In this document: positions 55,055-64,000 of the stretch, one piece after another | How the letters are laid out: each line of letters opens with the position of its first letter | Position numbering within the stretch: the stretch's first letter is position 1 | Origin: Alphaproteobacteria bacterium | GTDB lineage: Bacteria > Pseudomonadota > Alphaproteobacteria > Bin95 | DNA: 64,000 nt | Assembly: GCA_963665325.3 (NCBI GenBank) | Contig: CAXXWS020000004.1 | Span: 256,001 to 320,000 of the forward strand | Direction of reading: 5' to 3' | The notes under the pieces: model-generated | Told to the model about the DNA's origin: nothing | Database searches by the model: none | Seen by the model: the letters and a program-made list of their open reading frames with translations, nothing else | Position numbers and translations under genes: made by a program

Positions 55055-55576
55055 CTAGGGAACGTGGCGCTTGAGGAGGAACTGGTTCTTGAACATGCCG
55101 ATTCGGGTCATGACCTCGACATGGGCAATGTCGGAGCGGCCGTGGATGTGTTCGTTGAGAAAGGTCTCGAGCTCTGTTTCCTCGTCGCACACGACCTCGA
55201 CCAGCAGGTCGAAACGACCGCTGACCCACATGATGTAAACGACGGCGGAGCAAGGATTGAGGCGCTGCGCCAGCGCACCGGGCGTGATCCCGGGCGCGGC
55301 CTTGATGCCCAGCATCGCGTCCGCCTCGTAGTCGACCGCCACCGGATCGACCACGGCCACGATGCGCAACATGCCGGCCTCGCGCATCCGGGAAACCCGA
55401 TTGCGGACCGTCCCACCGGACACGCCCAGTTTCTGCCCGATCTCATCATAGGCCGCGCGGCCGTCGGCCTGCAGCAGGCGGATGATCTGCCGGTTGAGAT
55501 CATCGCTCGGAGAGGACAGCAGCGGGATATCCCCGGCGATGGCGGCAGGTTGATGCTGGGTCGTGGCTTGAGGCAT
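55055..55576 (-). CDS. Lrp/AsnC family regulator
   Basis: IIRLLQADGR..LGVSGGTVRNRV; VSGRFDL. Confidence 0.9.
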   Translation of the reverse strand: MPQATTQHQPAAIAGDIPLLSSPSDDLNRQIIRLLQADGRAAYDEIGQKLGVSGGTVRNRVSRMREAGMLRIVAVVDPVAVDYEADAMLGIKAAPGITPGALAQRLNPCSAVVYIMWVSGRFDLLVEVVCDEETELETFLNEHIHGRSDIAHVEVMTRIGMFKNQFLLKRHVP

Positions 55577-55727
55577 GAACTCATTTTACCGATTTCTAAG
55601 TCGGAATTCCATATATTTTGAAATACGCAAATTATTCTGCCAAATTTGGATTAAGAATGATAGAATAACAATTACATGCAGGAACACTATCGAAAATCAA
55701 TTTCGGCGAAGCAAGGAGACGCGACCG

Positions 55728-57146
55728 ATGACACCGACACCGAACGATATGGCCGGGGCGTTGCCCGATATCGAGCGTGTCCGCGAGGCGCGGGCGAGGC
55801 TTGCCGAGTCAGGAGTCCGTTACGTGTTCTCCTGCTGGATCGACCTGTTCGGGATGCCGAAGACGAAACCGGTGCCGCTCAGCGATTTCGAGAACCTGTG
55901 CATGGGCAAGGGTCCACAGTTCGCCGTGCATTCCATCTCGTTCGTGCCCGAACTGTCGCCGGCCGACTCCGACCAGATCCCGGTTCCCGATCTCGACACC
56001 CTGGTCATATGTCCCTGGGACCGCAGCTGCGCGTGGATGTTTGCGGATCTCTGGTGGGAGGACGCGCCTTACAAGCTGTGTCCCCGCCACGCGCTCAAGC
56101 GCACCGTCGCGGATGTCGCGGACAAGGGCTTCGCAGGCTTCGCAGGCATCGAGCCGGAGTTCATCGCCATGCGCTGGCGCGATGGCCGGCCCGTCAAGGC
56201 GTTCGACGACGACCCGCCTGTCGGCGAGGGGATGCGCCCGCGGCGGCAGGCGTTCGGTTACGACGTCGATTTCTCCACCGATTCGATGGGATTCCTCGGT
56301 GAACTCATCGACATCCTCGGGGAACTGGGCTGGGGGCTGAAGGATGTGGTCGCCGAGGGCGGATATTCGCAGTTCGAGCTCGATTTCAGTTACACCGACG
56401 TCCTGCAGATGGCGGACCGGCTGGTGTTTCTGCGCGTGCTGCTGAAGCAGGTCGCCAAGAAGCAGGGCATGTTCATCACCTTCATGCCCAAGCCCACCAT
56501 CGGCGACTGGCGTTCGGGCGCGCACATCAACTACTCGATGCAGCGCGCCGATGCCCCTGGCGAGAACCTCTTCGAGGCTCCCGGAGGCGGCTGGAGCGAC
56601 GTTGCCTACAACGCCGTCGGGGGCCTGCTTCGGCACGGCGGTGCGCTCACCGCCATCGCCTGCTCGACGGTCAACTCCTACAACGGGCTGGTGCCCCGGG
56701 TCGGCGGGTTCGAGGGCGGCACCGTGACCTGGGCCCCCACGCACATGACCTATGGCGACAACAACCGCTCATGCATGCTGCGCCTGCCCCAGAACCGGTT
56801 CTGCATCGAGAACCGCGCCGCCGACATGTGCATGAACCCGTACCTGTCGCTGGCGTTGACGACCGCGGCAGCAGTTGCCGGAGCGGTCGAAGGCATCGAC
56901 CCCGGACCGCCGTTGAACAAGGACCTCTATGGGCTTTCGGACGAGGAAATCGGCGCCGCCGGCGGCGAGCGCCTGCCGAGAAACCTGCTCGAGGCTACCG
57001 AAATCCTGAGGCGCGACCCGCTGGCGGCCGAAGTGCTGGGCCCGTCGATGCTGGATTCCTGGCTGCGCTACAAGACCGACGAGTGGGAGCGCTACCACCA
57101 GGCGGTGACCGACTGGGAGGTCGAGGAGTATCTGCGGCTCTACTAA
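55728..57146 (+). CDS. Glutamine-synthetase-like gamma-glutamyl ligase (GlnT/GmaS-like)
   Basis: AAGGAG RBS; GIEPEF, QFE, TFMPKP, SGAHIN, TWAP..YGDNNR, IENR; lacks the canonical GlnA DGSS motif. Confidence 0.85.
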   Translation: MTPTPNDMAGALPDIERVREARARLAESGVRYVFSCWIDLFGMPKTKPVPLSDFENLCMGKGPQFAVHSISFVPELSPADSDQIPVPDLDTLVICPWDRSCAWMFADLWWEDAPYKLCPRHALKRTVADVADKGFAGFAGIEPEFIAMRWRDGRPVKAFDDDPPVGEGMRPRRQAFGYDVDFSTDSMGFLGELIDILGELGWGLKDVVAEGGYSQFELDFSYTDVLQMADRLVFLRVLLKQVAKKQGMFITFMPKPTIGDWRSGAHINYSMQRADAPGENLFEAPGGGWSDVAYNAVGGLLRHGGALTAIACSTVNSYNGLVPRVGGFEGGTVTWAPTHMTYGDNNRSCMLRLPQNRFCIENRAADMCMNPYLSLALTTAAAVAGAVEGIDPGPPLNKDLYGLSDEEIGAAGGERLPRNLLEATEILRRDPLAAEVLGPSMLDSWLRYKTDEWERYHQAVTDWEVEEYLRLY

Positions 57147-57167
57147 GCGAAGCGTGCGCAAGGGCGA

Positions 57168-58202
57168 ATGCGGAGTTGTATCGAAGTGGCGGCAGGTCAA
57201 GATAGTTTCGACCTCGGGGAGGTGGCGCTCCAGTCGGGCGCCGTGCTGCCGAACGCCCGCCTGGCTTACAAGACCTGGGGCTCGCTCAATGCGGAGGGCG
57301 ACAATGCGATCCTCATGCCCACCTTCTACACGGGCACGCATGTCCGCAACGAAGCCTATATCCAGAGGGTGCCGTCCCTCGATCCGTCGCGTTTTTTCAT
57401 CGTCTCCATCGACATGTTCGGCAACGGACTGTCATCCTCGCCGAGCAATATGCCGCCGCCGTTCGACGGCCCGCGGTTCCCCGCCGTCACGCTCTACGAC
57501 AATGTCCGCTGCCAGCACCGGCTGCTCACCGAAGTCCTCGGCGTAAAACGCCTTGCCCTCGTGCTCGGATGGTCCATGGCGGGCTGTCAGTCCTATCAAT
57601 GGGGCGCGCAGTTTCCGGACATGGTCGCCGCCATCCTGCCCTTCTGCGCCTCGGCGCGGACTTCGGCGCACAACAATGTGTTTCTCGAGGGGGTGAAGGC
57701 GGCGCTCCTGGCCGACAGCGCGTTTGCCGGCGGCGACTACCGGGCGCCGCCCGAGGCCGGGCTCCGGGCGTTCGGGCGGGTCTATGCGGGTTGGGCATTC
57801 TCGCAGACCTTCTATCGCGAGCGATTGCACCGCGAACTCGGCTTCGAGACCTGGGAGGAACTGCTGCTCGACTGGGAACGCGACCATCTCGAGTGGGACG
57901 CGAACGACCTGCTGGCCAAGCTCCGGACCTGGCAGCTCGGCGACATCGGCGCCAACGAGCATTATCGCGGCGACTTCAAACGCGCGCTGGGCGCTATACG
58001 GGCCCACGCGATCCTCGTTCCCTGCACCACGGACCTCTATTTTCCGCCCGAAGACAACGCCATCGAAGCCCGGCACATGCCGAATGCCGAGCTTCGGCCC
58101 TACGCCTCCGACTGGGGCCACTGCGCCGCCACGCCGAGCCGCAAGGACGGCAGCTTCATGCGTTTTCTGGACGGCTGCGTATCGGAGCTATTGTCCCGCT
58201 GA
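57168..58202 (+). CDS. Alpha/beta hydrolase, homoserine O-acetyltransferase (MetX)-like subfamily
   Basis: LAYKTWGSLN, MFGNGLSSSPSN, GWSMAG nucleophile, DLYFPPED, WGH. Confidence 0.83.
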   Translation: MRSCIEVAAGQDSFDLGEVALQSGAVLPNARLAYKTWGSLNAEGDNAILMPTFYTGTHVRNEAYIQRVPSLDPSRFFIVSIDMFGNGLSSSPSNMPPPFDGPRFPAVTLYDNVRCQHRLLTEVLGVKRLALVLGWSMAGCQSYQWGAQFPDMVAAILPFCASARTSAHNNVFLEGVKAALLADSAFAGGDYRAPPEAGLRAFGRVYAGWAFSQTFYRERLHRELGFETWEELLLDWERDHLEWDANDLLAKLRTWQLGDIGANEHYRGDFKRALGAIRAHAILVPCTTDLYFPPEDNAIEARHMPNAELRPYASDWGHCAATPSRKDGSFMRFLDGCVSELLSR

Positions 58203-58267
58203 TACCAACGGTCGTGGATCGGAATCGGGGCAAGATTCAAGAAATTGCGGTAATAATTCCCAGAATC

Positions 58268-58695
58268 TTTAGATCCGAAAAATTCCATGCTAGAATGATA
58301 CAGAAGGAAGCGGCATCCGGAGGCCGCTCCGCCTTCCGCGTCGGCGCCGACGCGGAAAAATCCCCTTGGAACCCACGGGAGACGTGCGCCTTGCGTTTGC
58401 TTTGCGCGCGCAGGCGCAATCAGGCGCGCGAACCGCGCCGGCGCCAACGGGCGCCCGCGCTCGCGCGCGATACGCGCGACTTAGGGTTCCGCCGCAGCGG
58501 GGCCGGCGGAAGGAAGACCGGAACGAAAGAGAACAAAATGGGATGAGGATACGACGGGCCGGATGCAGACAGACGCAAGAGTCGCGGTGGCCCGGCGACG
58601 AACGAGGTGAGGGCAGCCTTATGCCGGAAAACGCCGCGGCACATGCGCCCTGTGCATGCGGGTGGACATGACAAAACATGACACATCATGACATC
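58268..58695 (+). repeat. Dispersed non-coding element, long copy
   Basis: TTTAGA-N17-TAGAAT, cagaaggaagcggc..gccgc, GC-rich interior, CATGACA at 58667/58677/58687. Confidence 0.5.
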
Positions 58696-58816
58696 TCGCT
58701 GGAGTGGGCCCCAGACCGGCCGCCGGTTTGGGGGCGCGGCATCCCGAACAACGGCTGCAATACCGGCGGAAAATCCGGGTCTATACTCCGGCGGTTTCCC
58801 AATCCTTGGAGTTTCC

Positions 58817-59836
58817 ATGCAAGACGCCGTGCTCGATGTCCTGGCCGTCGGCAACGCCATGCTGGACGTGCTGGTCCATGTGGACGATGCCTGGCTGGCC
58901 GAAAACGGTATCGATAAGGGAATCATGACCCTGATCGACGAGCCGCAGGCAGCCATGCTTCACGCGAAGGTCGAGCCCGCGGCCGAGGCGTCGGGCGGTT
59001 CGGCGGGCAACACCGCCGCGGGCCTCGCCTCCCTCGGGGCCCGGACCGGTTATATCGGCCGGGTGCGCAACGACGATGCAGGTGACGCCTTCCGCCGGGA
59101 TATCCGCGAGGCAGGCGTGCGGTTCGACACACCATCGGCGACGACCGGCGCCGCTACCGGTCGCTGTCTTGTCTTCGTCACGCCCGACGCGGAGCGCAGC
59201 ATGCTCACCATGCTCGGAGCCGCTGCGGAGATCGAACCGGCCGACATCGACGAGGCGGCGGCGGCCGCGGCGGCCGTCACCTATCTGGAAGGCTATCTGT
59301 GGGATGCGCCCGCGGCCAAGGCGGCGATGGTGAAGCTCGCGGACGCCGCCCGCGCCGCCGGGCGCAAGGTTGCGCTCACCCTGTCCGACCCGTTTTGCGT
59401 GGCGAGGCACCGGGAGACCTTCCTCGAACTGATCGCCGAACGGGTGGACGTGCTTTTCGCGAACGAGGAGGAGATCGTTTCTCTCACCAGGGCGACCGAC
59501 CTCCGGGAAGCCGCCGGGGCGGTTGCCGGGATGGTCGAGACGGCGGCGCTCACCCGCAGCGCAGAGGGCTCGCTGGTCGTGTCCGGCGGCGAGCTGCATG
59601 AGGTGCCGGCGGCCCGGTTCGCCGCGCTTACGGATACCACCGGGGCGGGCGATCTCTACGCCGCCGGCTTCCTGCACGCCTATACCAGGCTCCTCCCGCT
59701 TGCGGAGTGCGCATGGCTGGGTGGGCTCGCCGCCGCCCGGATCATCCAGCAGATGGGAGCGCGGCCCATCGGTTCGCTTGCCGGCCTGCCTGCCGATGCT
59801 TCGGCTGGCATCGGGAACCCATGCGCGGCCGCGTAA
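58817..59836 (+). CDS. PfkB-family kinase (adenosine kinase-like)
   Basis: GNAMLD, GGSAGNT, YLEGYLWD, FANEEE, DTTGAGDLYAAGFL. Confidence 0.88.
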   Translation: MQDAVLDVLAVGNAMLDVLVHVDDAWLAENGIDKGIMTLIDEPQAAMLHAKVEPAAEASGGSAGNTAAGLASLGARTGYIGRVRNDDAGDAFRRDIREAGVRFDTPSATTGAATGRCLVFVTPDAERSMLTMLGAAAEIEPADIDEAAAAAAAVTYLEGYLWDAPAAKAAMVKLADAARAAGRKVALTLSDPFCVARHRETFLELIAERVDVLFANEEEIVSLTRATDLREAAGAVAGMVETAALTRSAEGSLVVSGGELHEVPAARFAALTDTTGAGDLYAAGFLHAYTRLLPLAECAWLGGLAAARIIQQMGARPIGSLAGLPADASAGIGNPCAAA

Positions 59837-61485
59837 TACAGCAGCTCCGGCTGTGGAGCGGCGTCGTCCTGTTCGCCTATGTCACCGGCCACCTGCTGAA
59901 CCATACATTCGGCCTCGCCTCGGTGGAGGCAATGGAGGCCGGGCGGCGCGTCTTTTCCGCCGTCTGGCGCAGCCCGCCCGGCACGGTGCTGCTCGTCGGA
60001 AGCTTCGCCGTCCACGGCGCGCTCTCGATAGCGCGCCTCTTCCGCAAGCGCGACCTGAGGATGCCGGTCTGGGAGGCGGCGCAGCAGCTTCTGGGCCTCG
60101 CAATCCCCTTCCTGCTCTGCCTGCACATGCTGGGCACGCTCGGGCTCTCGCTGCAGTTCGGCATGGACCCGAGCTATCCCTTCGTCCTCTGGGCGACCTG
60201 GAGCGACCCTCTGCAACAGATCGCGCTAATGGCTGCCGCCTGGACGCATGGGTGTATCGGCATGCACTTCTGGCTGAGGCTCCAGCCTTGGTACCGAAGC
60301 TGCCTGCCGGTCTTCTTCGCGGCGGCGCTGCTGTTGCCGGCGCTCGCGCTCGCGGGCTTTGCGGTCGGCGGGCGGGACGTGCTGGCGCTGGCGGCAGCCG
60401 ATGCGGGCTGGGTCGGCGCCATGCTGGAGCAGATCCGCTTCCCCGGACGCGCGGGCGTCGAGTGGGTTCAGGGCATCGAGGCGCGGATGAGCGCCATGAC
60501 CGGCATGGCGATAGCTGCGCTGATCGCCTGGCGGCTGGTACGCGCGCTTCGGGCGCGGCGGCAGCGGCCGGTCCGCATCACCTATCCCGACGGGCGCATG
60601 GTGCGCGCCGAGCCCGGCGCCACGCTGCTGGAGGTGAGCCGCGCCGCCGGCATTCCCCATGCTTCGGTCTGCGGCGGCAGGGGGCGGTGTTCCACCTGCC
60701 GGGTGCATGTATCGCACGGATTCGACACGCTGCCGCCGGCGGATGAAGGCGAGCGCGCGCTGTTGACCCGCATAGGCGCGCCGGCGCGCGTTCGGCTCGC
60801 CTGCCGGACGGTCCCCGCCGGCGATGTGACGCTGACCCCCCTTCTCCCGGCAACGGCCGGGCCCGTCGAGGCGCGGGCGCGGACGAGCAGCCAGCAGGGC
60901 GCCGAACGCGAGATCGCCATCCTGTTCGCCGACCTGCGTGCCTTCACGAAACTGTCCGAAGACAAGCTGCCCTATGACGTGGTGTTCCTGCTGAACCGCT
61001 ATTTCCTCGCCATGGGCCGCGCGGTCGAGGAGGCGGGCGGCCATGTGGACAAGTTCATCGGCGACGGGGTGATGGCGCTGTTCGGCATCGACGGCGAGCC
61101 CCGCGAGGGCTGCCGGAGCGCGCTGGAGGCGGTGCGCGCCATGGCGGCGGCGCTCGGCGATCTCAACGCCGCGCTCGGCGAGGAGCTTGCCGAGCCATTG
61201 CGCATCGGGGTCGGCCTCCATGCCGGACCGGTAATCGTGGGCGAGATGGGATACAGCCGCGCCACCTCGGTCACCGCCATCGGCGATGCCGTCAATGTCG
61301 CGAGCCGGCTGGAGCCGATGACCAAGGAATTCGCCTGCCAGGCCGTGATCTCGCAGCGGGTCGTACGCCTCGCCGGGGCCGATTTCTCGGATTTTCCGTC
61401 CCGGCTGGTCGATATCCGCGGACGCGAGCGCCCGCTCAGCGTCTATGCCGTGGTCGACGGCGGCGACATCCCCCTGCCGGCTTGA
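59821..61485 (+). CDS. cyaC: CyaC-type class III adenylate cyclase (membrane heme anchor, 2Fe-2S ferredoxin, cyclase)
   Basis: TM His motifs (HLLNH, VHG, LHM, THG..MH); CGGRGRCSTC..RLAC; FADLRAFT, KFIGDG, TAIGDAVNVASRLE. Confidence 0.85.
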   Translation: MRGRVIQQLRLWSGVVLFAYVTGHLLNHTFGLASVEAMEAGRRVFSAVWRSPPGTVLLVGSFAVHGALSIARLFRKRDLRMPVWEAAQQLLGLAIPFLLCLHMLGTLGLSLQFGMDPSYPFVLWATWSDPLQQIALMAAAWTHGCIGMHFWLRLQPWYRSCLPVFFAAALLLPALALAGFAVGGRDVLALAAADAGWVGAMLEQIRFPGRAGVEWVQGIEARMSAMTGMAIAALIAWRLVRALRARRQRPVRITYPDGRMVRAEPGATLLEVSRAAGIPHASVCGGRGRCSTCRVHVSHGFDTLPPADEGERALLTRIGAPARVRLACRTVPAGDVTLTPLLPATAGPVEARARTSSQQGAEREIAILFADLRAFTKLSEDKLPYDVVFLLNRYFLAMGRAVEEAGGHVDKFIGDGVMALFGIDGEPREGCRSALEAVRAMAAALGDLNAALGEELAEPLRIGVGLHAGPVIVGEMGYSRATSVTAIGDAVNVASRLEPMTKEFACQAVISQRVVRLAGADFSDFPSRLVDIRGRERPLSVYAVVDGGDIPLPA

Positions 61486-61499
61486 GGAGAAGCGCCGGC

Positions 61500-62846
61500 A
61501 TGAAAACGCAGCCTCCCGGTCTCGGGGGCAACCGGCTGCGCCGCGCGGCGGCGGCGTTCCGGAGCCGGCGCGTCGCCATGATGTTGGCGCTCGGCTTCTC
61601 CAGCGGGCTGCCGCTGATGCTGACCGTCGATGTGATGAGCGCGCGGCTCTACGAGTCGGGTGTGGACCTGACCAGCATCGGCCTGTTCTCGCTCGTCACG
61701 GCGATCTATGGCCTGAAATTCCTTTGGGCGCCGTTTATCGACCGGCTCCGGCTGCCCTGGCTGACGCGCCGGTTCGGCCGGCGCCGGGGCTGGATGCTGG
61801 CCACCCATTTCGTCTGCATGGCGGCAATCGTGGGCCTCGGGCTCTCCGATCCGGCCGCCGACCTCGCGGCGGTTGCCCTGTTCGGCTGCCTGGTGGCGTT
61901 CGTGTCCGCGAGCCAGGACGTCGTCATCGACGCCTACCGCATCGAAATACTGGACGAGGGCCAGTACGGCCCCGGCGCAGCTTTCTTCGTCCAGGGTTTC
62001 CGCATCGGCATGTATGTTTCCGCAGCCGGCGGTCTTGTGCTCGCGGAGGCGTTCGGCTGGGCCGGCGCGCACGCCGTCATGGCCGCGTTGCTGCTTGTCG
62101 GCGTCACCGTCACGCTGTTCGCGCCGGAGCCTGCCCGCGCCTCGGACCCGGAGGCCGATGCGCAGGAGCGCCGGCTCGCCGGTAGGGCGGCAGCCTGGGG
62201 CGGGGCCGCTGCCGCCCGGTTCGCGAGCGCCGTGCTTGCGCCGCTCGCCGAGTTCGCTGCCCGGCCCGGATGGGGCGCCGTGCTGGCGTTCATCCTGCTC
62301 TATAAGCTCGGCGACGCCGCGCTCGGCGCCATGGCAATCCCGTTCTATGTCGAGCTCGGCTTCTCCAAGTCGGAGATCGCAGCGGCGGTCAAGACCGGCG
62401 GCTTCATCGCGTCGCTTGCGGGCATTCTCGCCGGCGGCCTCGCGGTGCATGGGCTGGGCCTGCTGCCGAGCCTGCTCGTGGCGGGCATCCTGCAGGCGCT
62501 CTCCAATCTCCTCTTCATCCCGCTAAACGAGGCGGGGAACGACATTGTCTGGCTCGCCGGGGTGGCGGCGCTGGAGGGATTCACCGCCGGGCTCGGCACT
62601 ACGGCCTTCCTCGCTTACCTGATGAGCCTCTGCAACATCTCCTACACGATGATGCAATTTGCGCTGCTCTCCTCGCTCATGGCGTCGGCCCGGATCATGC
62701 TCTCGGCGCCGTCGGGCTGGATCGTGGACAGCCTGGACGGAGACTGGAACGCGTTCTTCGTGCTGACGGTGCTCGCCTGCCTGCCGGGCCTGCTGCTGCT
62801 GCGCCCGCTCTGGAACCGGCAGAAACGAGGGGAGGTTCCGCCATGA
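61500..62846 (+). CDS. ampG: AmpG-type muropeptide MFS permease
   Basis: [37 protein letters not shown]. Confidence 0.9.
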   Translation: MKTQPPGLGGNRLRRAAAAFRSRRVAMMLALGFSSGLPLMLTVDVMSARLYESGVDLTSIGLFSLVTAIYGLKFLWAPFIDRLRLPWLTRRFGRRRGWMLATHFVCMAAIVGLGLSDPAADLAAVALFGCLVAFVSASQDVVIDAYRIEILDEGQYGPGAAFFVQGFRIGMYVSAAGGLVLAEAFGWAGAHAVMAALLLVGVTVTLFAPEPARASDPEADAQERRLAGRAAAWGGAAAARFASAVLAPLAEFAARPGWGAVLAFILLYKLGDAALGAMAIPFYVELGFSKSEIAAAVKTGGFIASLAGILAGGLAVHGLGLLPSLLVAGILQALSNLLFIPLNEAGNDIVWLAGVAALEGFTAGLGTTAFLAYLMSLCNISYTMMQFALLSSLMASARIMLSAPSGWIVDSLDGDWNAFFVLTVLACLPGLLLLRPLWNRQKRGEVPP

Positions 62847-63331
62847 TCGAGCTCTTCCGCGGAGACATCACGACGCTTGAGGTGGACGCTATCGTCAACG
62901 CCGCCAAGGAAAGCCTGCTCGGCGGCGGCGGGGTGGACGGGGCCATCCACCGGGCTGCCGGCCCCGAACTGCTGGCCGAATGCCGCACACTCGGCGGCTG
63001 CCCGACCGGCGAGGCGCGCATCACCGCCGGCTACCGGCTGCCGGCGCGCCATGTCATCCACACGGTCGGTCCTGTCTGGCGCGGCGCCGGCGACGAAGAC
63101 GCGCTGCTTGCCGCCTGCTACCGCAATTGCTTCGCGCTCGCGCGGGAGCATGGCCTCGGCTCCATCGCCTTCCCGGCAATCTCCACGGGCGTCTACGGCT
63201 TCCCGCCGGACCGCGCGGCCCGCATTGCCGTTGCCGGCGCGCGGGCCCACGGCGCCGGCTTCGCGCGCATCGTCTTCACCTGTTTCGACCCCGCTACGGA
63301 AGCGCTCTACCGCGAGGAGCTGTGCGCCTGA
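62843..63331 (+). CDS. Macro-domain O-acetyl-ADP-ribose deacetylase (YmdB-like)
   Basis: [34 protein letters not shown]. Confidence 0.92.
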   Translation: MIELFRGDITTLEVDAIVNAAKESLLGGGGVDGAIHRAAGPELLAECRTLGGCPTGEARITAGYRLPARHVIHTVGPVWRGAGDEDALLAACYRNCFALAREHGLGSIAFPAISTGVYGFPPDRAARIAVAGARAHGAGFARIVFTCFDPATEALYREELCA

Positions 63332-63337
63332 ATGGCT

Positions 63338-63910
63338 TCAGGGCCAGAGGGCGTCGAGGGGGAACGAGACCGCTTCGAACGGGGGGACGGAAACCGTGTC
63401 GTTGTCACGGAGGGCGGCGATGAGCACCCACGCGCTGTCGCGCAGTTCGAAGGCTTCAAGGTCGCGCGCCGCCGGATCGACGAACCAGAGATGGCGCACG
63501 CCCTCGCGCGCATAGACCGGACGCTTGCCGTGGCGGTCGAGGTCCCGAGTCGAGGGCGACAGCACTTCGCAGACCCAGTCCGGAGCGAGGGCGAAATAGG
63601 CAGTGTCGGGAAACTCCGGCATCCGCTCCCGCCGCCAGCCGGCAAGATCGGGCACGAGAACGTCGTCGCCCAGGTGGAGTTCCGGTTCATCGAGGATCCA
63701 CCAGCCGCCGGGGCCGCCGCCATAGCTGAAAGGATCACCGATCTTGGCGCCGAGTGCGGAACTGGCGTGCGCATGGCGCGGCGCCGGGCGCGGATGGGTG
63801 TGGAGCGTCCCGGCGACGAGTTCAGCCACCAGGTGCGGCGGGGCCTCTAGCACATCCCGGTAGGTCGCGCGGCGTCTTGGAGCGTCGAGAACCGCCTGTT
63901 GCCGCTTCAT
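63338..63910 (-). CDS. Uma2/DUF820 family endonuclease
   Basis: AELVAG, EPELHL..VPDLAGW, PDWVCEVLSPST, K..YAREGV. Confidence 0.9.
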   Translation of the reverse strand: MKRQQAVLDAPRRRATYRDVLEAPPHLVAELVAGTLHTHPRPAPRHAHASSALGAKIGDPFSYGGGPGGWWILDEPELHLGDDVLVPDLAGWRRERMPEFPDTAYFALAPDWVCEVLSPSTRDLDRHGKRPVYAREGVRHLWFVDPAARDLEAFELRDSAWVLIAALRDNDTVSVPPFEAVSFPLDALWP

Positions 63911-64000
63911 ATCGAAAACCTCCCGCAGACCGGGGCCGCGAGCATAGCATGGCGGCTCGCGCCCAAACAGGAAGGACGGTGCTTCGACCGAGTCCGCGAC

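Noticed and set aside
58521-58534. GAACgaaagaGAAC resembling an alphaproteobacterial LexA box
   Set aside because: The spacer is 6 nt, whereas the consensus is GAAC-N7-GAAC.
58290-58679. 129-aa minus-strand ORF in the long intergenic element
   Set aside because: Arg/Pro/Ala-rich with no domain or RBS; treated as non-coding.
58667-58693. CATGACA repeats as a CRISPR array
   Set aside because: 7-bp units with 3-bp spacers and no cas genes; I saw no CRISPR array anywhere in the window.

Overview
High-GC alphaproteobacterial chromosome segment with Rhodospirillales-like gene order. Secreted ankyrins, several toxin-antitoxin (TA) modules, two TauD paralogues and a Uma2 nuclease suggest a host-associated, possibly sponge-type, symbiont (inference). 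The core blocks are mreBCD-mrdA-rodA, atpHAGDC, priA/transaldolase/DUF484/xerC, tRNA-Pro(GGG) and ffh-rpsP-rimM-trmD-rplS-leuCD. The most interesting part is the left end (1-7.1 kb). There, two intact arm-domain tyrosine recombinases in tandem and a 139-bp imperfect palindrome precede a co-oriented Slam/type XI secretion module. That module encodes a lipoprotein fusing a leishmanolysin-like zinc protease to a TbpB-type barrel, a two-lobed TbpB-like lipoprotein and a TPR/Slam-type exporter that runs off the window. Other accessory parts: an XRE-regulated amidohydrolase/TauD/GFA/ABC cluster; a TA plus twin-ankyrin insertion between priA and atpH; an Lrp/GS-like ligase/MetX-like hydrolase islet; two anti-Shine-Dalgarno sRNA candidates; a palindromic repeat family; and a two-copy non-coding element ending in three helically phased CATGACA repeats. 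All calls come from motif recognition by eye; no database searches were run.
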